NCBI GenBank assembly: GCA_001244265.2
Contig: CDLV01000014.1
Coordinates: 682,001-746,000 of the forward strand
DNA from: Microbotryum violaceum
Taxonomy: Eukaryota
Direction: 5' to 3'
DNA: 64,000 bases
Made by a program: the position numbers and the translations under genes. Below are positions 1 to 18,475 of the stretch, in pieces. Under the pieces are notes generated by a model that searched no databases, was not told the DNA's origin, and saw only the letters and a list, made by a program, of their open reading frames with translations. Position 1 is the first letter of the stretch. The number at the start of each line of letters is the position of its first letter.

Positions 1-2006
1 GTTGTCATCCAGGATCTCTTCTAGTCCATGATGTCGCCGGTAGATGGCCGAGAGAAGTGTATCGCCCGCGACATATTTCTTGTTGTGTATTTGCGAGTTG
101 CGCCAGCAGCATATTGATGTCGAAGAGCTGCTCGACAGGATGAATTCTTAGGAAGCTTCGCGTATTCTTCACACGGTAAGCTTGGTCCGTCCTTGTTGAT
201 CGAATCTCGAGCGCTATACTTGCAACAATTCACACTGATGATGCGCGGTGCTCGATGATCGTTGCGCCACTTCCATTCATTTGCTTCCAATTTGTCCACC
301 TCCTTCCTCTCGAGCTCCGTCATTGGTCGTTTACCAATTTTGGGATAGAGGCGCAAACAAAGCGTCCGTCGAGGAGGGGCCCCGCCACCCTGCGCCGCAG
401 TTGATGAAAGACAATGTATCGCCGTTTCAGACGTAAGGCCGGGGCACGGTCCTAGCGAGGGGCTGGGAGCAGTTGAGCCACAGGCGATAGGTCTGAAGAA
501 AGTTGCTGATGGGTTGGAGGTTTACACACTTCTTATTGCCGAGATGTAATTCAAATCGTGCCTTGCACAGCAAGGCCGCCATTGGCACCAAGACATAACA
601 TCGTCCACACCGCACGTATTTTGGATTGTTGACGTTGACATTCGATCCCGGGCAAAGATCTTCGACTTTTTCAGCAAGCCTCCTGAAAAGAGGCGGATGG
701 TCGCGAGCCCACGTCGTATGCTCCTCGGGGGTGAGCTCTCGAGCTTTCGTCGGCTTCGATGCCTTGGTGAAGGTCGTTTGGAGTCGAGAAGTTGGCGGGT
801 TCTTTGAGGATGATGCGACTCGTTGGTTTGTTGGCTTGGTTGTCGCTGCCTTGCCGGACTCTGCCGACGTGCTCTTGCTGCTCAGTGTTCCGGCAGCGGA
901 TCCCCTCCCAGACTTTGCCTTTGATTTTGCGCCCGTGGCAACGATGGATTCGATTTCTTTGGGATCCTCGACAGCACCAACCAGAGAGGATAAACGACAG
1001 AATTGACGGAGCCGTGACATGTGAGCGCGCGCTGCGTTGAATGACCCAATCCCGAGCACCTCCGTCTCCACTGCATTGATCGTAGCCGGCCCGCACGAGT
1101 AGCTGTCTTCCTGTTGTTCGGCCTTAGGAGTATGAGGGAACTCGTTTTTGATGTCCAGCTTCAGAAATTTGAATAGCGTAAGGACGGCCGTCCGAGTAGC
1201 GGCGGTGATCGGAGTGGCGGAGAGTGAGTTGATCACAGACCATGTCCGCTTGTGCATGTTGATGCGGGCCAGGACCCAATGGCTGTCGGAGCAGAGGGGT
1301 AGAAACCAGATTGACTTTGACGTCGGCGTGTTGCGCATGCAATCGCCTAGCTCGATGAGATTCCGATACTGGTTTGGCGGGCCGAAAAAGCAGGCTTTGA
1401 AGACCGAATGAGGATCCGAGTCGGGAGGGCGAGCCATTACCAAGGAGATGACGGTGGAGGGTATAAGTTCATACGATGTTTCGAAATCGGGATTCTGCAC
1501 TCGTCCAGCTCGAAGGACGCTTTCAATTGACAAGTTCACCGCGGCTTCACCGAGCCAATCATGACCTGGGTAGAGACGCGAATAAGCAAGTTGCCTCAGA
1601 TACGAGATGAATACGAGTGGCCAGCTGAAGGATTGGTGTACTGACTTAAGAATCTCAGGAGATAAACCAAACTCGTTCCACTTGCAAGAAGAGGCAATGG
1701 TAGAAGCCCGTCTTGCTCTTGCCATTGCAATCCGTTCAGTATGCGACGTGCGACAGCGATACGGTTGCGGTCAATTTCGTTGATAACGATAATTTTGTCC
1801 ATCCATCGTAGAGCTCGCAACGCCCAGCTTTGAACGTCTTTTGCTCGGTCGTACTCTGACCATAGCCGATCGGCGCCGAGCGGCAAACACGTCGACCCGA
1901 CGGCCAAAGATCGATATCCTTTCTTGCGTGCATTGATCAGAGCCTCGGTAGCGAGAAACGCGTCTCTGGTCTGAAGAGTCGGCGTCATCGCACCTGTACA
2001 CCACAA
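1..2006 (-). pseudogene. Frameshifted transposon-like gene: Ulp1/C48-type (SUMO) protease domain + CxxC...H...C Zn finger + Cys-rich PCPGL/GGGAP/W-NDH region, continuing off the left edge
   Basis: ORF 427..1725 has Ulp1-type motifs SHWVLARIN (~1276), INSL (Asp position is Asn) and EQQEDSYSCG (Cys 1093-1095), then RCGRC...HLGNKKC. Removing one T near 500 joins PISNFF...GPCPGLT...QGGGAP into ORF 21..356 (WKWRNDH...C...PC). A further shift near 60-80 continues as AIYRRHHGLEEILDDN to base 1. ORF 1596..2006 looks like the N-terminal part. The 5' end is uncertain. Confidence 0.7.
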
Positions 2007-2729
2007 TGTCGCCTAAGCCATGACGAAGAGAGAAGTCGATCATGCCGTTTCCAGTTTGTTCGAGATAGATCGTGGGAACCGGAGGCTTTGGGCACTGAAA
2101 AGCAAGAGAAAGTAGACGTGCCGACAAACCCCACGCGAGGATTAGAGCGTCGTATAGGATGCAACGCTGAATGTTGTCGTCCAAATCACTGTGAAATGGA
2201 TCGGATTGACCATAACATCGTGCAACGTGCGTTAACGAAGCGCCGAGGAGGCACTGCTCCGTGGAGGAAGTGGACAGCTCGAAAGATCGGATCCAATCGA
2301 GGGGACCCCGGCCCTTCCTTTTTCTTCTCCGGGCTTGGAAGTCTGCTTGCAGATGTCGGGCCTCGTACTCAAATGACGCGATCGGGTCTTTGAAGCTGAG
2401 AGTAGTGGCCATTAACTTGGGGGACAGATGGAAAGAATACGAGTACGAAGTCTCGTCAACAATCTGGTCCACACTTGGTCGAAGGTTATCTGCGAACCAT
2501 GAAGGCATACAGCAGGGCACGAACGTAAGTGCATGCAATAGTCCGACAGGCATTCATGGGAGCTTACCGAGGCCTCCCCATGGAAATTCGACGAATGCAC
2601 TTTCGTTCCTGTGGCGATTGTACATTTGTACAAGAGGCCTTTGGCCTTCCTGTGTCGAATGCTGATCATGACGTGGCGAGCTGTACCCTTCGTCCTTCCG
2701 CCTTGCCAGAGAAGATTTCGGACCGTATC

Positions 2730-3900
2730 TCAGGCCGTGTTATTGTCGAGCAAGGCGCTGGCGACGCGATGCACCGCGGATGCGCTCTGTAAAGGTAGCG
2801 AACGTTCTCTGGTGTGCTTGGCTAGCGACGCCATGGGGTTTGTGGTAGTGTGCTGCATCATGTCCTGGGCGGCTACTTCGGCCTGATCATTGAGGTCGTC
2901 TACTGAGTCGCCGACGTAGGGTGGAGACGCCAGGCTGCCGACGGAGTCCACCTCGGACTCACCCTCGGAGGTGTCCGCGCCGGACGAAGGAGCGCGATCG
3001 TCACCTTCGACGTGGCTTGGAGTCGCGATGTGGGTAGACAGCTGGCCCAGCATGGTGGGGGTTACGGGCGTCGATCGGGCGCCGCCAGTCGACCTCTGAG
3101 AGTCACGGGACTTGCGTGACCTTGGCGGGGTGACCGCCGTGTAGAAGTCAGAGGCGGTCTTCTTTCGTCGGTACAAACCCGGTTCTCCCATCCCCGGCGG
3201 CAGGTCGGCTAAATCGATCGTCGTGACGTCGGACTCCTGGAGGGAGTCGTCCTGGGGTCGCTGCCTCACCGGTCTGGGACGTTGCACGCGAGGGATGGCG
3301 TGGCGCTGCTGCTGGATTGGGGACGGTGTTGCAGTTGAGGTCGGTGCTGGTATGCGCGTTGGGTCCGGATGAGTCGGAAATCTAACCACTTTCGTCGGAT
3401 CGGCATACACGTTGAGGGGGAACGGGCCCTCGATGTTCGAGGGTTGGAACGGGAGGTCGATCTTTGGTGGCTGAGACATGGAGTTGGGTGTGACTGGGTG
3501 CTGTCGGTGGAACGAGGGGAACAGGGGGCGCGGCCTAAGCCCCCTTGAGCCGCTCGTTGTAGCCGGGGCCACAAAGGTTGCTCCCGACTGAGTAGCGCGC
3601 TTTGGGTCTCCCAACTTTGTCTAACATCAAACACCCTGACGTCAGCACCACCACGGGTGGTCCTCGGTGTCCACGTGGACCGATCCTCTGCCACTTGTTC
3701 GGTCACGACCGCTGCCCCTCACGGCAGTTCGTGAGCAGTCTTCCCCCGGAATCGGGTATTTGCTGCATTCAAGGGCTTACCATCTCTCGAGCGGGCGGGT
3801 CCTCGAAACGAGGCAATTCCTCTAGATCTTCGAGTACAGGGCGGCGATGTTTGTTTGCGAGCGAGCCGGATCGACGTGGATTTGGTGGTCGAGAGCCGGT
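2730..3900 (-). CDS. Ser/Pro/Thr-rich hypothetical protein, probably spliced; cargo of the accessory block
   Basis: ORF 2730..3614 (294 aa, low complexity). An upstream exon ...PVLEDLEELPRFEDPPAREM joins it in frame through a GTAAGC (3780)...TTAG (3621) intron. The 5' end is not resolved. Confidence 0.35.
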
Positions 3901-5425
3901 GGGCGATGGCCGAACATCGACTGGCGCTCGGACGCGACTCGTCCAGATCGTCCAAGGCCAAGGTTCGCTAACCTGCTGGCGCCTGTGACGACTTCGACTT
4001 GCTGACTGTGATCCGGAGAGGTCTGCGGGTCACATCCTTCCAGCCTGTGACGATGCGCTCGCCACGCGGGCCGAGAGCTTGACGGTAGAGACACCGCGGG
4101 TGTCTTCGGCAGGAATGAGTCGACCAGATTAACCCTTGAAGGACTTTCGCGGGCCACGACCTGGGATTTCCTCAACCAAGTAAGTTCGTCGGTGAATGAT
4201 GCGGCCTAGTAAAGGGCCATGGGAGCACCGAGGGTTACGGCATATGGACGGGATCCTACCGAGGTCGTTTCGGTCTGCGGAAGCTGGTCGGCGGTCGCAG
4301 TCGTCCTACAAAGGCGAGGACGAGGGTTAAAAACGCGGTCTTCTTGTGCGATATGATAGCTTCGCACATACGCCGGAGGACACCCTAACCCGGCGGCGAT
4401 TTGCTCGCACGGCGGACGAGGACAAACCCGTGACAGACTAGAACGTGGCAATTCAGAGGAAGGCCGTCGCAGACGAGAGGAAATCGGCAGCCGTGTGTTC
4501 AAAATAGGCGCGACAGGATCCCCGAAAGCCCAGCCTGCCCGCAATCCCTGAAGCTCTCTAAAGCACGGCGCGAGTGTCAGTGACCCGAGCTGAGGGCGAA
4601 CGCGGTAGAAAAGACTCGGCAAGTGATCAAGAGGTCTCAATCATGACAGACTCACCAGTTCCGCGTTCCTTCCGGGTCCCTACAGTCCGAATGCCAGCAG
4701 AGCTTGGACGTCAAATACTCGCTGACGGTACAGAAGTACATGCTCTCCAGTCCAAGCGCCTGCAGGCAGCGAAAGATGATCTGGATGCAACTGTGGGCGT
4801 AGGAGACACCCGACGGATTGGGACCGGGGCTTGTGAACCCATGACTACGAGGAAAACGGGTCGCGAGTCCTTTGAGAGTAGGTGATTGTAAGTTGTTGTC
4901 TCGGGATGGGTCGGTAGAGATGGAACGGGGTGGTTTGGTCGACGAGCCGCGGCTGCCAGGTGTCGTATAGCGTAGATGTCAGCATAGTCCACCCAGCTCG
5001 AGCACCCGAGCCGATGTTCTTGGATTGCGAGGAGAAACTTTACCAGCGCAAACTCACCCGTGCACTCGAGACCAAACACTTTGGCCATTTGTTCGGCTTG
5101 TTGGTACATAACCATGAGATTCGCCTCTTGTTGCGTACTTGAAACCGAAATCGCGTCGTGCGTGTGTCGAAGGGGAAACCCAAGTTTTGCCGCAAGCGGG
5201 GACCACTCGAGCTTGTTGGCACGCAAGGCCTCGTTGATACGATGGGTCTTGTTCGCGCGTTGACGGGCACCTTTGCGATTGCCTTTCGCTGCGATAGCTC
5301 CAAGCCCCTCTTTGCCGAACAGAACGTCTCCAAGGCCGCCGTCTCGTCGTGCGTGAAAACACGAGCGACGGCAGTGACCAGCCGAGCGTGACCGAGATCG
5401 ATCGAAATGAAGATCGAATCCTCGA

Positions 5426-10091
<4,666 letters not shown>

Positions 10092-12726
10092 CTCGAAAGC
10101 ACGCCAGAGGTCACGGAAGAGGTCGGCACGTTGTCTAAACACCGCAATGAGGTCCTCCGTGGCTACGGCGTGCTGCGGAATCAAACATATCCCAATCGAC
10201 GACGGACAAAGGCGAATTCATCAGCCAAAATGCTACCCTGCCGACTTCCGTCCGACACACGGAACATGGGAGCAAACTCGACTCACCTGGGTGCCAAATT
10301 TCTTGTTCGAGTGCTCTTGGAGCCTTCCCAGTACCGCTCGACGTGCCTCGGGGTTGTGGATCGACGGGATGCAGATGCGACCGCCGACGATGGGTACATC
10401 TCGGAATCGCTTCCAGGACACGCGTTCGAATCGTACAGCTTCGCGCTCAATGAGAGCTTGGCGCTCGGGATCGAAAGGGATGGGAGCTGCTGCCACAGCG
10501 CGTTCTCGGAGTTTGCGTTCCAACTCGTCAATTCGGCTCGGCTTCTCGGCGGATCCCGGTCGAGCATACGATAAACGGAACGGCTTCTTGATGCCATCAA
10601 CGTAGTGTTCGTAGTCGTGTTTGACAATTTGCGAGTCCGTCTTGCCTTTTTTTTGGAAGCGGAGCCACAGCCGGGCTTTGTCCACCGTCCGGTCGAGCGC
10701 GGAGCCGATCGAGACGTCGGGATTGTTATACCAGGTCTTGTTACGCTTTGTTGATGCCACGCTCGACACGTTCAAGACTCGTAGATGAACTCGGTGTCCG
10801 TTCGTTGTGAACGACCCCGCCAGTATCTCGTCCTTGTCGAGAATCCTGTCTGTGTCGAAGAGGATGTCGACGAGGCGAGGACCAAAGGCAGCGAAAGCGT
10901 CCGACTCGAGAAGCCTCTCCTCGGACAGCTCAGGTGGGACGGTCGGGGTCGACGGGTCCGAGCCAGCCAGGGGTCGGCCGAAACAGAGGTGGTGCAGCGC
11001 CTTGACGCCGGCCACTGCGTCACGAGCCCACTCCGGCTTGACGTCCATCGTCTTCTGTCCTTAGAGATGGTGAAGATCAGGTCGAACCCTCTTCCTAGCA
11101 ACGTTCGAAGGACGGGGAAGTGAGTCGGACTTGAGGCGTTACCCGCGGGCTCCGATACGTCATTGACGACAGACGCAGCAAGAAGCTTGTTCAACCAGTC
11201 GAGCTGCGTTCGGACGAGCGAGACGGGGCACGTGAGGATCGCGCCGAGATACCCCGGCGAACAGTTCACAAAAGGTCGTTTGCCCTCGGTTTGTCCGAAC
11301 ATCAAACAGAGTCCCCCAACGCAGTCAAGGTCAGCCCTCGATCGCTACACTGGCTGGGGTGACAGAGTGCCAGCTGTCGAGTGTCGGACTCACGGGTACG
11401 ATGCCCCTGCCATGTCCGGATTCGAGGAGAAGATGGTGGTAGACGGGCAGGAGCGCGATCGGGTTTTTGAGCTTGCCGCCGGGTCCAAAATCGGAGAGCT
11501 TGCCGCCGACCAGACGAGTGACGGAAGCTTGATCTCGTCCAAATCCCCATCGCATCCGCTGGTCTCGACTTCCGCAAGCCTCTTGCAAGCACGCTCGCAT
11601 GACCGCGCGGAGGTGTTCGTGGTCGGGATCAGACTGGTCTTTGGCGATCCCGGCCACCAACGCCTCGAGGTCCGCTCGATGGGAGCGCCAGGGAAATGGG
11701 ACGTCCGAGAGCGCGGTGACGAGACAGTCGAGCAGTCGCTTGCGCCCCTTGGGCTGACGGAACTCGTCGTCCGGGTCGAGCGGCGAAAGCGCCGATTCGA
11801 TGTCACGAGACTCGAACATGTGCCGGGCGTAGGTGGCGAGAACGTAATCTCCTCGGTCTTTCCATTTAAGGAGATCTGTCGCATAACGTTGGGCCACGTT
11901 TTGGTAGTATGCCGAGTCGAGCTTGTAGCGCGGGAGGAGGACTCCTTTTTCTCGAAATTCCTTGACGGCTGAGGCCAGCAACCCTGAAGCCTACATCACC
12001 GCCGCAAAATAAGTGATTCCGAGTCGACGAGTCAGCTCCTCCATCTTGAAGTTGGCGGATCTCTCTCTCTGAACTCGAAGACTAGTCAACTCACCGCGTT
12101 GTACAGGAGAGAACCATCATCATTGGCCGCTCCCTCGAACTGTTCGACGTGCCGACCATACTCCGTCAGGGTCATCGTTGCGAGGTCGACTGAGACGGTC
12201 GCCGTGAGTTGCCCCGGTTTCCTCGAGACACGAGATAACGTGAGGGAATCACGGGGCTGGAGCGCATGAATAACGGCACGCATCCTCGTCACCAGAGCCG
12301 AGTCGCTCGACGCGATCTCGTGCCAGTCCCTCTGGGTCCATCCGTTGAGGTAGTCGAGCAGGACTGCGTTCACGACTGTGAAGTCGAGCTCTCGCGCGAG
12401 CGTTTGTAGTCGCATAAGCGAGGAGAACGTGTTCTTCCATCGCTGGTTGTCTGTTTCGGGGTGGTCGGGTGATAGGGGCGGAAGAATCTCGCGCACGCTC
12501 GCCCGCAACCCTCGGCGTCGAACAGGAGCATGATACTCCTTGTTCGCCGGCGTGCCTTGACCTTGTCGGCTCCCTCCCTCGCCCTCGTCCTCGTCTTCGC
12601 CGCCGTCCTGAAAGTCGTCGTCATGAGGAGCAGTGATGGGATCTGGCTTCGGCTCCCCCTCGTCGACCTCGTTCTCCCCGTACTCGTCTTCCCCGCACTC
12701 ATCCTCCCCGAACTCGTCCTCTCGCC

Positions 12727-12780
<54 letters not shown>
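12727..12780. repeat. (CAT)18 microsatellite encoding poly-Asp in exon 1 of the Fanzor-like gene
   Basis: Perfect trinucleotide run; read as D18 in ORF 12086..13018. Confidence 0.95.
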
Positions 12781-12781
<1 letters not shown>

Positions 12782-13544
12782 GCCATCAACGTCGTCCTCC
12801 TCCTCGTCCAAGGTGCCGCAGCCCATGCCCGAAGCCCGATCCTCCGAGCCGAGATCGTGATCGTCGACATCGAGATCACTCGCACTCGACGAATCCAACA
12901 CAGGAGGTGTGGGTCGCTGCAGTCTGCGCTCGCCTTCCGGCTTGGACTTGCTTCGATTGAGCAACGGACCGGTCTCCATCCTCGTGGTGTCGATGTACCT
13001 CCATGCATGGTATCCCATGATGGATCGGTACAGAGGACTCCGTACTCGAGCGACTTGGGCGCCCAGCTTCTCCCGGCAATGCCTTACCTTCGTGACTTTG
13101 GCCTACCTCGCCAAGGCTGTCGCTTGACTGGGTTCAGATCCGAGGTTCCGGCTCCGAGAGCTTCCACGACAGTTCGTGGTGAATGAATTTTTGAAGTGTT
13201 CACAGTGTGTAATTCAGCTGCCCAAGTTTTTGAGACGGGCAGGAGGGTGAAGGGACGAGGAATGGCTCAATCCCAAGTGACCTCGGCTAGCTTTCACACG
13301 AACCAAAGCATCGAGCACTATTAAGAGACGGTTGTTTGTTTGGATTTCGATGGTGAAAACGAGAGGGAGAGAAATAGGCAAAGAAAGGGCGGTGATACAA
13401 CTAACAAAGGCAAAAAGCTGAGTAAGCACGTCCGCGAAAGCCAGCGAGAAGATGATCAGGCGTCGGTCGAAGAGGAAATGTCATTCCAGATCCGTTCGCG
13501 TGCAGAGCAGATGGTCGTGCACTCCGTCATGTGAACGGTGTCGA

Positions 13545-14615
<1,071 letters not shown>

Positions 14616-14700
14616 GGCTGAGTGAGGCTGCGGCTGGCTGCGGTCGAGCTGGCGGGCTGATATCGGCGCGGTAAGGCGAGGTCAGGTGGGGGTAGCGGCG

Positions 14701-14735
14701 CAACAGGCAACAGGCAACAGGCAACAGGCAACAGG
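14701..14735. repeat. (CAACAGG)5 tandem repeat in the divergent ATG8/ERG26-like intergenic region
   Basis: Five perfect 7-bp units. Confidence 0.9.
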
Positions 14736-15194
14736 CGGCGAGGCGCGTGGTCGGGCAACACGCCACAAGAGCAGCAAGGTCAGCCCGACGTGACATCGAT
14801 CAAGGGGACATGTACGCAGACTGACCTGGTGATAGAGAAGCGGGGTGAGCAATGCGTGCTGTGGTGGTCGGTGTAGGTCAGTGTTGGGTGGTGGCTGAGG
14901 CTGAGACGGAGCAAGCCTCGACTCGCCCAGACGCGTCCGCGCACAGAGACAACTCGCGCCAAGTGGCCTCGCTCGGACCTCCCAGCCAAGTGCACGACGC
15001 GCCGAGCAGCAGCAGTGCACGAGTTCCACCCCGACGCTCATCATTCTCTCGCCTCCGTTTCGCCGACAGCTCCTCTGGACTCTTCCATCGGCCCGTCGAC
15101 TCGTGCCCTTGTACTACCGTCTCCCCTTACGTCGCATCAACCTGAGAGTTGGTGCATCTGCGCGTGGACGAGCCGCCAGCGGAGCAGGTCCAAC

Positions 15195-16767
15195 ATGGCG
15201 TCTAAGGTCTCGGAACTGTACAAGGCCTCCCCGGACGAGTCGTTTGCCGTCATCGGCGGCGAAGGCTTCCTGGGGCAAGCCTTAGTGCAGGGCTTGCAAC
15301 GCGCGTTCCCGTCGCATCGTGTCACCTCGCTCGGGCTCACCCAGCGCACCTTCACACCGGGCTATCGCTTCTTCCGCACCGACATCACCTCCGAGACCTC
15401 GCTGTCGCAGTCGTTCAAGAACGCCGGCGCGACGACCGTGTTCCACATGGCGTCTCCCCACGCCGGAGCCGAGACCGAGCTGTGCGAAAACGTCAACGTC
15501 GTCGGCACGGCCAACGTCATCAAGGCCTGTCGCAACGCCAAGGTGACCAAGCTCATTTTCACGAGCAGTGTCACCGTATGCTTTGACGCGGAGGCAATGC
15601 GCAACGTCGATGAACGCTTGCCGACGACAAGCAAAGTCGATCCGCCCTATGTCTCGACCAAGGTCAGTCTTCGGTGCAAAACGGGCGTATGTCTGACGGG
15701 GACGTTTGGCTCACACAATCTGCTCTCTTTTTGTGTAGGTCAAGGCAGAAAAGCTGGTTATCGAGGCCAATGGGAAAGCCGGGTTGTTGACCTGCTCGAT
15801 TCGGTTGTGTGGCATCTTTGGGTGAGAAACGAGCAGCGTGTTCATGAACCTGGACTGCACCTTACCTGACCTGTGGCACCCACCTTTTCAGAGCCGGTGA
15901 TCGACAAGTCGTACCAGGCTTCATGCGCCTCCTCAAGGCCAGACAGACGTGCTTCCAGCTTGGGTCCAACAAGTACCTCTTTGACTTTGTCCACGTCGCG
16001 AACGTCGTCCACGCGCACATCCTCGCCTCTTCTCGCATGCACGATGCCCCCTTGCCCCTCTCCGACCTCAGCAAACCCCTCCCTGTCATCTCAATCGATA
16101 CACCTCGACGATCCTTACCCATTTCGACCCATACCGACGTCGTCACTTCCCCGCCCCCCGCCGATCCCGCCATCCCCCACCGCCGCAACCGCTTCAACCA
16201 TTTCTACGACGTCCTCGACCGCTCCGTCCTCGCCGTCCCAGGACAAATTTTCATCATCACCAACGGCGAACCCGTCGCGTTCTGGTCCTTCGCCCGAGCC
16301 CTCTGGTACGCTTACAATGGCCACGTCCCGGCTTTCACGTTGCAAATCCCCGAAACGATGGGCATGGCTTTAGCGACTGTGGCGGAAGCGGCGGCCTGGC
16401 TGAGGGGTATCCCGAAGGAGGAGTGTGGGTTGCCTAGAGTGCATGTGCAGTACGTCGTCAGTGACATGTATTTCGATATCGAAAAGGTGAGTCCCGCGAT
16501 TCTCCGGCAGCATTACGAAGAGCGGATCTGACGCGAAGATTGAGATCTCATAGGCTCGCCGAGTGTTGGGGTACGAGCCCATCATTTCCCTGCAGAATGG
16601 CATCAAGGAAGCGATAGAGGTATGTTGGGAAATCGTCTCTATTTGAAGATCATTTTACTACCCTCTCTTCTCTTCAATTGGCGTGCTTCTAGGACTACAA
16701 GAACGCCGAAGCTGCAGCCCTGGCATCGAAGGAGTCTTCGTCTGGAAAGAAGACGAAATCGCAGTAG
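15195..16767 (+). CDS. ERG26: 3-beta-HSD / C-3 sterol dehydrogenase-like extended SDR (Erg26/NSDHL family)
   Basis: GGEGFLG Rossmann motif, VFHMASP, NVVGT, FTSS, PYVSTK (YxxxK), FDFVHVANVVHAH, FIITNGEP; GT-AG introns. Could be a paralogue rather than the orthologue. Confidence 0.8.
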
Positions 16768-16841
16768 ACCCTCGCAGAAGCGAAGAGCAAGCATACGTCC
16801 GCATGATCGTTGTACAACACGCTTTAACTTAAGCTTAATAT

Positions 16842-18234
16842 TTACATGATTTGAACGCGTTGTTCCTGGTCATCTTTACGAACCCGTTCAACAATGTCCG
16901 CCATCTCGTCCCTCCATTTCTTAGACAGGGGTGCGGTCTCGTGCAGAGCATCCTTGATGTCAACCCATCGCTTGTCCTCCCCTTTCCATTCCTCGTACAT
17001 CCTCCTCACCCTATCCCCACCTTCATTCTTCTCCTCTTGCTCCGTAGGAATCAATTCGTCCCTTCCACTTCTGAACCACAGGGTTTTCAACCCTTTCAAA
17101 CCCTCTGATCCCTCAGTCATGTTGTCAACCTGCGCGATCGCATCCCATCGATCGAAAACGCACGGTCCTAAATAGTGATAAGGTAACCAGCGTTGTGGGT
17201 AGATCGCTCGTAGCATGTAAGGGATCGAAGGGAGGGGATTCTCCAACACCAGAGCTTTGATGCGCGTTCTAAGTTCGAGCGGAAGGAGTTCACGACGCAG
17301 TAGGAGAAGTACGGCCGCTGCTCCACCTAGAGAATGACCGTAAAGAATGATCTTGGCTTGAGGGTGAAGACGAATCGTCTCCTCCAGTGCGGAGAGGTAG
17401 TCTGATAAAAACGTCGCTTCGGTCGGTGTGGAGCGTGTTGAAAGCCAGTAGGAACGAGGGGCGAAGGCGACGACGGTCGTTTCTGTGGAAGGGGTGTTGG
17501 ATATCCCGTTGAGGAGGACTCGGAAGAGTGGGAGACGATGGAGCGGGGTTCCGGCGTTGCCTTGAAGGTAAAAGATGACGACGGGTCGATCTAACCCGTC
17601 GGCACTCTCATTGTCCAGCGATCGCGTAGGAGTAGAACTCTGCATCGACGATATATGCTTCTTCGTGTTTGGTCGTAGTTTGACCTGTATCCCTCTAAGC
17701 ACCACCTCACGACCCCATCGAGTCGATCTCGCCCTACTAGTGCACTCCACCGAGGCCCAATCGAAACCTCCCAACTCCTTCTCCAATTGCGTCGAACGAT
17801 CCTCGGCGGGTAGGAGGGTTTCTGTACGTCCGCCTAGGGGTAGGAAGGGTAGATATATGATCTTGCGTTGGAAGAGGACCATCATCGTGCACTACGACCG
17901 GGTAGAGATCAATCGCCTCACGTCAGGAACCGCACGTGGGGGGGTCGCCACTGAGTCAAGGCAAGATCAGAACGGGCCAACCGACCTTGTACGTCCACAA
18001 CACGATCGGGAACCCGATCCCAATCTCGAGCAAGAACAACCAAGGGATACCATCGCTCGCGGCCGAGGTGGTGCCAGCTAAAGGCAAGTTGGAAGGCTCG
18101 CCGAAGAGGGTCCGACGCTGCTGTTGATGACGCTGGGGGCTTGTGAGCATGCCATGGTGGAGATAGAGAGAAGGGAGGAATACGGGTAGCTTATGACCAG
18201 AGATCGGGCGGATCGATTGATGGAATCGAAGCAT
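16842..18234 (-). CDS. BEM46/ABHD13-like alpha/beta hydrolase
   Basis: FQRKIIYLP, YLQGNAG, YGHSLGGAAA nucleophile elbow, LENP, DELIP, catalytic-His region DALHE. N-terminal TM exon in ORF 17956..18363. Start approximate. Confidence 0.85.
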
Positions 18235-18475
18235 GCATGAGTTGCAGGCGTCGCAGAGCGTTTTCGGAGGAGACGAATGGAGCGGAGCCAAGCGCTCTCT
18301 GAGCTGCTCATCGCTCAGCTCGGAACTTTTGACATAAACAGGTACTAGATGTCTTTCCAACACAAGCGAGGGTAAGGTAAAGCCAGAGCAACACTAAACA
18401 AAAAATCTACAGTTTAGTCGGGTTGCTGAGCGTCCGAGATTGTATATGGACGTCCCCTTAAAAACACACTTTCTT

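Noticed and set aside
3822-3870. IHVDPARSQTNIAAL as the missing Fanzor RuvC-III motif
   Set aside because: Spacing and residues do not fit (D/H)RD-x-N-A-x-x-N, there is no preceding CxxC, and no in-phase splice path was found.
12370-13186. Poly-Met, poly-Ile and poly-Ser ORFs
   Set aside because: These are alternative frames of the (CAT)18 microsatellite.
13195-13212. CACAGTG heptamer near the accessory/host boundary as a Transib- or RSS-like terminus
   Set aside because: It is a single 7-mer with no partner TIR or TSD visible in the window, and is expected by chance.
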